Origin: a virus
Lineage: Duplodnaviria; Caudoviricetes
Strand: one strand, 5' to 3'
IMG/VR virus record: IMGVR_UViG_3300037043_000053
Coordinates: 1 to 42,325 of that record
Length of the DNA: 42,325 nt
Shown: positions 10,350 to 17,919 of the stretch, one piece after another
Layout: each line of letters starts with the position of its first letter
Numbering within the stretch: the first letter of the stretch is position 1
The notes under the pieces: model-generated
Told to the model about the DNA's origin: nothing
The model's database searches: none
What the model saw: the letters and a program-made list of their open reading frames with translations, nothing else
Made by a program: the position numbers and the translations under genes

Positions 10350-11665
10350 CCTGGTTGAGCAACCCGGACAGCATCCTGTCCAGCGGCTGGCTGTCGTCCG
10401 CTTACCCCGGCCACGGCATCCTCGGTGCCGACATCCCCACGGATGGCGATGACGGCGGCAGCCCGGTGCTCAACGACAACCCGGCGGCGGACCGCGAGTA
10501 TCGCTGGCAGATCATCACCCTGCCGTCGGCTGGGGTACTCACGCTGCACGAGGATTTGACCTTTGACTACGACGCGGCGGGGGTTACGGCCGGCGTCTAC
10601 AGCTTTACCTATCGGTTGTGGGAAACTGGCCTCGATGCCGGCACGGGCACGGTCACGATCACGGTCGGCGAGGCTGGCACGGTGTTGGATGCCGTCGCCG
10701 CTGGCGCGGCTCTGGCCAGTGGCACTGCCACCGCATCCGCCCAGGTAAGCGCCACCGCCTCGGGTGCTGCGGTCGCCTCGGGATCGGCAACCCCGGCCGC
10801 CATGCTTTCGGCTTCCGCCAGCGGTTCGGCCGTGGTCTCCGGCACCGCTGCGCTATCGGGCGGTGCGGAAGGCGCGCTTTCGGCGTCCGGCCAGGCTCAG
10901 GCATCCGGCACGGCTGGCGCCAGCGCCTCGGTCGCGCTGGCAGGCGTTGGCGTGGCGCTGGCGGGCGGATCGGCTGCGCCCGGCGTCTCCATCCCGCTCT
11001 CGGCGGCTGGCGTGTCCGTGGCCAGCGGCAGCGCAGGCGCCATGGCCACCGTCTCCATCAGCGCCGCCGGGCTTGCCCAGGCGGCGGGCGCTGCCGGCCT
11101 TTCGGCCTCGGTGCTGCTGGCCGGGGCGGGTGCGGCGCAGGCGGCGGGTAATGCCGCGTTGGCGGCTACGCTCAACGCGCTGGCCAGCGGTTCGGCCGTC
11201 GCCTCGGGCACGGCGCAGCTTTCGGGCGGCGCCGAAGGTGATTTATCGGCCAGCGGCCAGTCGGTCGCCAGCGGCGAGGCGGTGCTGTCCGTCATCATCC
11301 AGCTACAGGCGACCGGGTCGGCGCAGGCTGCCGGCGCGGCATCTGGTAGCGCCAGCGCTGCCGGAACCGTCAGTGCCAGTGGCACGGCAGAGTCCGCCGG
11401 TACCGCGCTGCCCGCCGTCACCGTCTCGCTCACCGCTGCCGGCTTCGTGCAGGCCATGGGCGCCGGCCGGCTGGATGTCTCGGTCAGCCTAACGGCACTT
11501 GGCCAGGCCACGGCCGGCGGCTCGGCCAACCTGGGCGAGCTCGTGCTTGTCACTTACACCCGCGCCCCGTCCGGTGCCGGCCCGTCCATCATCCGCGCCG
11601 GCACCAATCGCCCCGCGCAACTGCAAACCAATCGCCCCGCCAACCTCGGCGGCGGGCGTTACTGA
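10346..11665 (+). CDS. Ala/Ser/Gly-rich repeat protein (putative fibre/decoration)
   Basis: N-terminal Ig-like segment (YSFTYRLW) then many ASG.A.ASG.A repeats. Confidence 0.7.
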   Translation: MTWLSNPDSILSSGWLSSAYPGHGILGADIPTDGDDGGSPVLNDNPAADREYRWQIITLPSAGVLTLHEDLTFDYDAAGVTAGVYSFTYRLWETGLDAGTGTVTITVGEAGTVLDAVAAGAALASGTATASAQVSATASGAAVASGSATPAAMLSASASGSAVVSGTAALSGGAEGALSASGQAQASGTAGASASVALAGVGVALAGGSAAPGVSIPLSAAGVSVASGSAGAMATVSISAAGLAQAAGAAGLSASVLLAGAGAAQAAGNAALAATLNALASGSAVASGTAQLSGGAEGDLSASGQSVASGEAVLSVIIQLQATGSAQAAGAASGSASAAGTVSASGTAESAGTALPAVTVSLTAAGFVQAMGAGRLDVSVSLTALGQATAGGSANLGELVLVTYTRAPSGAGPSIIRAGTNRPAQLQTNRPANLGGGRY

Positions 11666-11674
11666 GGACCACGC

Positions 11675-12244
11675 ATGGCCAACAATATCGTCGTCCCGCC
11701 GACAGGCGAGCCGGTGTCGCTTGACGAAGCCAAGGCGCAGTGCTGCATTGACGGCACAGAGTTCGACGCGATCCTGCCCGGCTACATCGCCGCCGCCCGC
11801 CAACTGGCGGAAGCGGAAACCGGGCGGGCGCTGATCACTCAGACCCGCGAGCTGGTGCTCGACGCCTTCCCGCGCGCCTGCGTCCTGCGCCATCCGCCCG
11901 TGCAGTCGCTCGTCTCCGTCACCTACCTGGATGCAGATGGCGTCGAGCGCGTGCTCGATCCGCAAGATGTCATCCTCGACAAATCCAGCGCGCCCGGCTA
12001 CCTGGTGCCCGCTTACGGCAAGGCCTGGCCGGAAACCTACCCGGTGCCCAACGCCGTGCGCGTGCGCTACACCTGCGGCTACGGCAGCGCCGCCGATGTG
12101 CCGCCGGCCATCAAGACCTGGATGCTGCTGGCCATCAATACCCTGTTTGAGCAGCGCGGCACCATGGCCGCCGGCCTTGCCGCGCTGCCGAATCGTTTCT
12201 GGGAAAGCTTCCTGGATGACTACCGCCTGAAAGAGATCGTCTGA
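11675..12244 (+). CDS. Head-tail connector (gp6/phiE125 gp8-like)
   Basis: EPVSLDEAKA, TGRALITQT, AVRVRYTCGYG, VPPAIK motifs. Confidence 0.9.
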   Translation: MANNIVVPPTGEPVSLDEAKAQCCIDGTEFDAILPGYIAAARQLAEAETGRALITQTRELVLDAFPRACVLRHPPVQSLVSVTYLDADGVERVLDPQDVILDKSSAPGYLVPAYGKAWPETYPVPNAVRVRYTCGYGSAADVPPAIKTWMLLAINTLFEQRGTMAAGLAALPNRFWESFLDDYRLKEIV

Positions 12245-12582
12245 TGATCCCCGCCGGCGAGCTGAACCAGCGCCTCACCTTCCAGCAAAAGGTGATCACG
12301 CGCAACGCCATGGGCGAAGAAATCGCCTCGTCCTATGCAGACGTCTGCACCGTCTTCGCCAAGGTCATGCCCCTGCGCGGCAACGCCTTCTTCGCCGCCA
12401 ACCAGCAGCAGCACACCGTCGACGCCCGCTTCCTGATCCGCGACCGCGCCGGCCTGACCACCGACATGCGCCTGCTCTGGCGCGGCCAGCCTTACGACAT
12501 CACCAACCTGATTCCCGGTACAGACAAGTACCGGGGCTTTACCGAGGTGATGGCGATCAACGGGGTGCACGATGGCCGATAA
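12244..12582 (+). CDS. Head closure protein (SPP1 gp16-like)
   Basis: GELNQRLTFQ, IR.R.GLTTDMR, YDI motifs; synteny. Confidence 0.88.
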   Translation: MIPAGELNQRLTFQQKVITRNAMGEEIASSYADVCTVFAKVMPLRGNAFFAANQQQHTVDARFLIRDRAGLTTDMRLLWRGQPYDITNLIPGTDKYRGFTEVMAINGVHDGR

Positions 12583-13108
12583 GGTGACCATCACTGGCCT
12601 TGATGACATGCGTAAGGCGCTGTCTGAGTTGCCCAAGCAGCTTCGCAACAAGGTATTGCTCGGTGCGCTGAGAAAAGCGGCCCGCGTGCCGTTGCAGATC
12701 GCCCGCCAAAGCGTGCCGGTGATGTCTGCTGCTGACGCCGCAAAGAACCCCTACCGCACTGCCGGCCTGTTGAAAAAGAGGCTCACGGTACGGACTTCCC
12801 GCGAATCTCGGCGGGCTGGAAATATCGGCGTGTTCGTCAATATCAAGCCGGCTGACAAGGCCAAGTTCAAGACGACAACCAATAGCTTTCTCGGCGTCAA
12901 GATCAGGCAAAGGTCAATGACCAAGGCCAGCCAGCGAGGGGCTAAGAGTCCATTCGATCCGTTCTATTGGCGCTTTGTTGAGTTCGGTACAAAGAAGATG
13001 AAGGCCAGGCCGTTCATGCAGCCAGCCGCTGATTCTTTGCCCAAGGCGCTGGAAGTCTTCAACGCGGAAGTCATTCCGCAAATCGAAAAGTACAACCGCA
13101 GAAAATGA
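12572..13108 (+). CDS. HK97 gp10-like neck protein
   Basis: ITGLDD, FYWRFVEFGTKKMKARPFMQPA motif. Confidence 0.9.
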   Translation: MADKVTITGLDDMRKALSELPKQLRNKVLLGALRKAARVPLQIARQSVPVMSAADAAKNPYRTAGLLKKRLTVRTSRESRRAGNIGVFVNIKPADKAKFKTTTNSFLGVKIRQRSMTKASQRGAKSPFDPFYWRFVEFGTKKMKARPFMQPAADSLPKALEVFNAEVIPQIEKYNRRK

Positions 13109-13464
13109 GCGCCGAAACCGAACTCTTCTCAGTCCTTGACGCAAGCGCAGGGCTTGCCGCCCTGGTCGGTGATGCCATATTTCCAGATGCGATACCGGAA
13201 AACAAAGACCTTCCAGCCGTCGTTTTCATGCGGGCTTCCACGAATCACACGCACACCATCGGCGGCGTGCTGGTCTGTGAGGACGTTCGTTTCGCAATCA
13301 CGGCCTGGGCGGTGTCTCGCATCCAGGCCGAAGCCATCGCCGATGCAGTATCCGCAGCGCTCAGAGCAGCCGGCAATCCGCCGGTTGATCGCTCGTCAGG
13401 ATTCGACAACGAAACCGGCCTGTTTGCCGTGACTGTAGATGTCGATTGGTTCGTCTCTTACTAG
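13105..13464 (+). CDS. Tail completion/terminator protein (DUF3168-like)
   Basis: Position before tail tube; LAALVGDAIFP, PAVVF motifs. Confidence 0.8.
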   Translation: MSAETELFSVLDASAGLAALVGDAIFPDAIPENKDLPAVVFMRASTNHTHTIGGVLVCEDVRFAITAWAVSRIQAEAIADAVSAALRAAGNPPVDRSSGFDNETGLFAVTVDVDWFVSY

Positions 13465-13483
13465 CTCAACGCCTTTTCACAAC

Positions 13484-13508
13484 AGCCACCTTCGGGTGGC
13501 TTTTTTTT
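13484..13508 (+). terminator. Hairpin plus T-run upstream of tail tube gene
   Basis: AGCCACC-TTCG-GGTGGCT followed by a long T run. Confidence 0.65.
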
Positions 13509-13522
13509 TGGAGTAACAAAAA

Positions 13523-14170
13523 ATGGCCACTGCCCGTAAATGGTCGAATGTCGCTGTCGCAATGCAGTCGGCTCTCGCCTCCGCTATCACGATCACCGCT
13601 ATTTCCAAAGCGGCTGAAGGTGTCTGTACCGCAACCAATACCCTCGTCAATGGCGATTACGTCGTCCTGTCTGTGCAGGGCATGCGTCAAGTTGATGATC
13701 GCGTGTTCCGCGTCAAGGCTGTTTCTGGTTCTTCCTTCACTCTTGAAGGCGAAGACACGACCCTGTTCGACACCTTCACTTCTGGCACCGCTCAGAAGGT
13801 TACGTTTGGCACTTCGATTACCACGGCGACCAGTATCAATGCTGCTGGCGGCGAGTTCGACTTTATCAACACGACCACGATTCACGTTGCCGCCCGTTCG
13901 CAGATTCCCGGCATGCCTTCGTCTTCTACGTTCTCGTTCGATAACATCTGGGACGTTTCAGACGCCGGCCTGAAGGCAATGAAGGTCGCGTCCGATGCTC
14001 AGGCAAAACGCGCCTTTATGTTCACCTTCGGCTCTGGTGGTCAGGTCATGGTGTTCAACGGCTACGTTGGAGCCACCCTGCTGCCGGGTGGCCAGGCGCA
14101 AGGTCTGGTCACTACGCAGACGACCATCACGATGAACGGCACCCCTTCGTACTACGCTAGCCAACCATGA
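13523..14170 (+). CDS. Major tail tube protein
   Basis: ITAISKA, GGE.DFI..T motifs; synteny. Confidence 0.85.
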   Translation: MATARKWSNVAVAMQSALASAITITAISKAAEGVCTATNTLVNGDYVVLSVQGMRQVDDRVFRVKAVSGSSFTLEGEDTTLFDTFTSGTAQKVTFGTSITTATSINAAGGEFDFINTTTIHVAARSQIPGMPSSSTFSFDNIWDVSDAGLKAMKVASDAQAKRAFMFTFGSGGQVMVFNGYVGATLLPGGQAQGLVTTQTTITMNGTPSYYASQP

Positions 14171-14502
14171 GCGCCCTTGCTGACAAGCTCCGCAAGGCTC
14201 GGGAAGTGAAGGTCGAGGCCTACGGCTTCACCTTCACCTGCCGCAGGCCTACCGATCTGGAAATGATCGAACTTCGTGGTGCACGAATTGGCCGCGCCAT
14301 CATGCCCTACGTTATCGGGTGGGATGGCGTTACCGAGCTGTCCATGACCGGCTCAGGCGCACCGCATCCGCTCGACTTCGATCATGAGGCTTGCACGGAA
14401 TGGCTGGCGGATCGGCTCGACCTGTTAGGCGCGATCACAGAGGGCGTGTTCAACGCCTACCAGGCTCATGCCGAAAAGGTACAGGCCGCCGTAAAAAACT
14501 GA
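14167..14502 (+). CDS. Tail assembly chaperone (gpG-like)
   Basis: Between tube and tape measure; ends at slippery GTA AAA AAC TGA. Confidence 0.85.
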   Translation: MSALADKLRKAREVKVEAYGFTFTCRRPTDLEMIELRGARIGRAIMPYVIGWDGVTELSMTGSGAPHPLDFDHEACTEWLADRLDLLGAITEGVFNAYQAHAEKVQAAVKN

Positions 14503-14723
14503 TCGGCTGGCTTGGACAAACAAACCTCCCCGGAGGGTTCGAGCCAGCGCCACCGACCGCAGAGCAAAGCCTTGTCATCCGCGCATGGAATCTCATGGGC
14601 GGCCTTGACTGGACTGCTCTGCCAATGGTCGCCGATCTATTCGGCATCACCGACCTTGAATCATTCATTGCCCAACTAGCGGCGATCCGCGATCACTTGA
14701 GAGAAGAAAATGGCAACCGCTAA
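14493..14723 (+). CDS. -1 frameshift extension of tail chaperone (gpGT-like)
   Basis: Heptamer A AAA AAC at 14493-14499; the -1 frame is open to 14723 (LIGWLGQ...AWNLMGGLDW). Confidence 0.75.
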   Translation, partial: KKLIGWLGQTNLPGGFEPAPPTAEQSLVIRAWNLMGGLDWTALPMVADLFGITDLESFIAQLAAIRDHLREENGNR

Positions 14724-16686
14724 GCTATCAATCGACATTGAGGCGCGGCTGGCGAACTTTGAGCGCGATCTGAACAAGATCAGCAAGAGCGCCGAAGGCA
14801 TGGCCGGTAAGCTGAAATCGTCATTCAGTGGCATCACGACGATTCTCGGGGCAACTGTCGGCGCACTCGCTGCTGCTGGTGCTGCTGGCCAGTTCAAAGA
14901 CCTCATCAACGAACTTGACGACCTGTCGAAGAAGGCGCAGCAGGTAGGAATGTCCGTTGAGGATTTGTCGGCGCTTAAGTTCGCAGGTGGCATGTCAGGT
15001 GTTGAGTTTGACGAAATCACAACGTCACTCGGCAAGTTGTCGGCAAAGATGCAGGACGCCGCAGCAGGATCGAAAGAGGCGCAGGCCGTCTTTGCTGACC
15101 TCGGCATATCGGTTGTCAATTCGTCAGGTCAGTTGAAAAACGCCGACGAAGTATTTGCAGAAATTGCAGACAAGTTCTCCGGCATCCGAGACGGCGCAGG
15201 AAAGACAGCGCTAGCAATGGACTTGTTCGGCAAGTCTGGCGCAAAGCTTATACCGTTGCTGAATGGTGGCACGGCTGGCCTTGCAGACATGCGGGCAGAA
15301 GCCGAGCAATTAGGCGGCGTCATCAGCGAGAAGCTGGCGAAACAGTCCGAGCAGTTCAATGACAACCTTGACCGTCTGGCGACTCTTGCTGGCGCTGCCG
15401 GCAAGTCAATGGCGTCTGGTCTGTTGCCGTGGCTGAATGAAGTCGCTGAGTCGTTTCTGATCTCACGTAAGAATGCCGACTCGCTATGGGAAGCGTTAAA
15501 CCGACCTATTGCAGGCCTCGGCATCTTCTCGGCTTACGAAAAGCTTAAGGATTCACAGCGCGCACTAACCGACCTTGAAACCAAGCGTGCTGGCCTGATG
15601 AACGAAGGGCTGGCGACCAAGGCGGTAGATTCTGAAATCGCTTCTGTCAAGCGGTCGATTGAGTATTACAAAGAGCTGCAACGCACGCAGGCTCTGGCTA
15701 ATTCCGGCGACAACTACGGCAACGAAGGGCGTGGGCTATCGGAAAGCACCAACCTGACGGATATTGTGCGCAGCAAGTCAGGCGGCGCATCGTCTGGCAA
15801 GAAGTCTGGCGAAATCTCGTATTGGGATGAAGTCGTCAGGCTGACGAAGGAAGCCAACGAAGAGCTAGAGAAGCGCGAAAAGCTTGACGAGGCACTGACG
15901 AAAGAAGCCCGCTACTGGAAAGACCTAATCGACCCGACCGCGCAATACGTTCGCCAGCTTGAGGAAATACAAAAGCTAGTTGATGCCGGGAAGCTGACCA
16001 GCGCCGAAGGCCTGGAGGCGCAATTCCGTGTGCAGGAAAAGATGGGCGAAGCCGTATCGAAAACCACGACGGAAATTGAGAAGCAGAAAAGCATTGTCGA
16101 GGAGCTTGGGCTTACCTTTTCCTCGGCGTTTGAAGATGCGGTGGTCGGAGGGGGTAAATTCTCCGACGTACTCAAAGGACTGGAGCAGGACATCCTCCGC
16201 CTGCTGGCCAGAAAAGCCGTTACGGAGCCATTGGCCAAAGCGGTCAGCAGCGTTAATTGGGGGTCAATGCTTTCCGGTTTGTTTGGCACGACGGCAAACG
16301 CCAAGGGCAATGTTTATGACATGCCTTCCCTGGCTGCCTATTCCGGTACTGTCGTCACGCAGCCAACCTTTTTTGCCAACGGCGGAAACGTCATGGGCGA
16401 GGCTGGTCCGGAAGGCATTTTCCCGCTCAAGCGCGGCGCTGATGGAAAGCTTGGGGTATCGGCAGAAGGTGTCGGCGGCGCCAACGTCACCGTCAACGTC
16501 ATCAACAACGGCGACAACCAGGCCCGCACCGAGCGCCGCTCGGACGGGCAGGGCGGCTCGATTATCGACGTGATCGTCGAGCGCACCAAGGCCAGCCTGG
16601 CCGGCGACATCGGTCGCGGCAGCGGCCCCCTGCCGGCGGTGTTGGAAGGCACCTACGGCCTGTCACGATCTGCAGGAGCTTACTGA
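14710..16686 (+). CDS. Tape measure protein
   Basis: 658 aa helical Ala/Lys-rich; lambda-like C-term ANAKGNVY, MGEAGPEGIFPLKRG. Confidence 0.93.
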   Translation: MATAKLSIDIEARLANFERDLNKISKSAEGMAGKLKSSFSGITTILGATVGALAAAGAAGQFKDLINELDDLSKKAQQVGMSVEDLSALKFAGGMSGVEFDEITTSLGKLSAKMQDAAAGSKEAQAVFADLGISVVNSSGQLKNADEVFAEIADKFSGIRDGAGKTALAMDLFGKSGAKLIPLLNGGTAGLADMRAEAEQLGGVISEKLAKQSEQFNDNLDRLATLAGAAGKSMASGLLPWLNEVAESFLISRKNADSLWEALNRPIAGLGIFSAYEKLKDSQRALTDLETKRAGLMNEGLATKAVDSEIASVKRSIEYYKELQRTQALANSGDNYGNEGRGLSESTNLTDIVRSKSGGASSGKKSGEISYWDEVVRLTKEANEELEKREKLDEALTKEARYWKDLIDPTAQYVRQLEEIQKLVDAGKLTSAEGLEAQFRVQEKMGEAVSKTTTEIEKQKSIVEELGLTFSSAFEDAVVGGGKFSDVLKGLEQDILRLLARKAVTEPLAKAVSSVNWGSMLSGLFGTTANAKGNVYDMPSLAAYSGTVVTQPTFFANGGNVMGEAGPEGIFPLKRGADGKLGVSAEGVGGANVTVNVINNGDNQARTERRSDGQGGSIIDVIVERTKASLAGDIGRGSGPLPAVLEGTYGLSRSAGAY

Positions 16687-17036
16687 TGGCTGCTTACCCA
16701 ACCGCCCTCCCGGCGCCGCTGGTCGAGGGCTACATGCTCTCGCCGGTCGATCAGACCATCCGCACGGACATGGAAGCCGGGCCTGCCCGCGTGCGCCGTC
16801 GCACCCATGCGCGCAATGACTTTCTCAATGTGTCCATCCTCTTCACCGCCGCGGAAATGGCCGCCTTCCGCACCTGGTTCGAGTCGGACGCCGACGGCGG
16901 CGCCGCCTGGTTCGACATCGAGCTGGATGTCGGCGACGGCGCACCCAGCCTGCAGGAAGCTCGCTTCAAAGGCGCCTGGAAGGCCAACCGCCAAGACCTG
17001 CACTGGCAAATCACCGCCGAGCTTGAGGTGCGCTGA
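16686..17036 (+). CDS. Distal tail protein
   Basis: IRTDMEAGPARVRRR and GAAWF motifs; follows tape measure. Confidence 0.8.
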   Translation: MAAYPTALPAPLVEGYMLSPVDQTIRTDMEAGPARVRRRTHARNDFLNVSILFTAAEMAAFRTWFESDADGGAAWFDIELDVGDGAPSLQEARFKGAWKANRQDLHWQITAELEVR

Positions 17037-17539
17037 TGCCGGACAGCACGCTCTCCCAGGCGCTGAAAGAGGCCTACGCATCGGCCGTCACGGTGCCGGT
17101 GTACCGCACGCTGGAGCTGGATCACCCCGGCTTCCCGTCGCCGATCTACGTGGTCAACGACTTCACGGATCTGACCGCCAATCTGGAAGACGGCTCGCCG
17201 GTCACCTTCGTCCGCTTCGCCTTCCGCCTGGTCAAGCCGGAAGTCTCGCCCAACGGCGTGCCGCAGCTGACGCTGGAAATCGACAACGTCAGCCGCGACA
17301 TCCTCGCCCACGTGCAGCTCGCCATGCAGTCCACCGAGATGATCACGCTGGTCTATCGGGAGTACCTGGCCAGCGACCTGACCGGCCCGCAGAACGATCC
17401 GCCGCTGGCCATGGTGCTGTCCTCCATCAAGGCGGATGTGTTCAAGGTCACGGCGACCGCGAGCTTTGGCGATCTTTCCAACAAGCGCTTTCCCAACCGT
17501 GAGTACACGGCGGATCGCTTCCCGGGGCTGGTCGTATGA
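17036..17539 (+). CDS. Tail tip protein (DUF1833-like)
   Basis: TLEL.HP, L.IDNVS, YREYL, RFPGL motifs. Confidence 0.82.
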   Translation: MPDSTLSQALKEAYASAVTVPVYRTLELDHPGFPSPIYVVNDFTDLTANLEDGSPVTFVRFAFRLVKPEVSPNGVPQLTLEIDNVSRDILAHVQLAMQSTEMITLVYREYLASDLTGPQNDPPLAMVLSSIKADVFKVTATASFGDLSNKRFPNREYTADRFPGLVV

Positions 17540-17919
17540 CGCACTGGGCATTTGATTACATCGGCCAGCCGTGGATACGGCATGAGCACGACTGCTGGCA
17601 GTTCTTCCGCAAGGTGCAACGCGAGCGGTTTGGCCGCGACATTCCGGCGATCCCGATGGAGACCTACCGCCGGGGAGCGTGTGAAGCCCTGCTCAATCTG
17701 CACGAAGAGCGGGCCAACTGGGCGCCGACCGACAGCCCGCAGGAGGGCGACGCCGTGCTGCTGGCCCATGCCCGGCACCCGACCCATGTCGGGCTGTGGG
17801 TGGATGCCGACGGCGGTGGCGTGCTGCACTGCGTCGGCGGCTCCGGCGTAGTCTTTCAATCCGTCAAAAGCCTGAAGATCGGCGGCTGGGGGCATCTGGA
17901 GTACTACCGCCATGTTTAA
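17536..17919 (+). CDS. NlpC/P60 tail tip assembly protein
   Basis: YIG.PW, DCW, HVG, VLH catalytic-type motifs. Confidence 0.85.
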   Translation: MTHWAFDYIGQPWIRHEHDCWQFFRKVQRERFGRDIPAIPMETYRRGACEALLNLHEERANWAPTDSPQEGDAVLLAHARHPTHVGLWVDADGGGVLHCVGGSGVVFQSVKSLKIGGWGHLEYYRHV

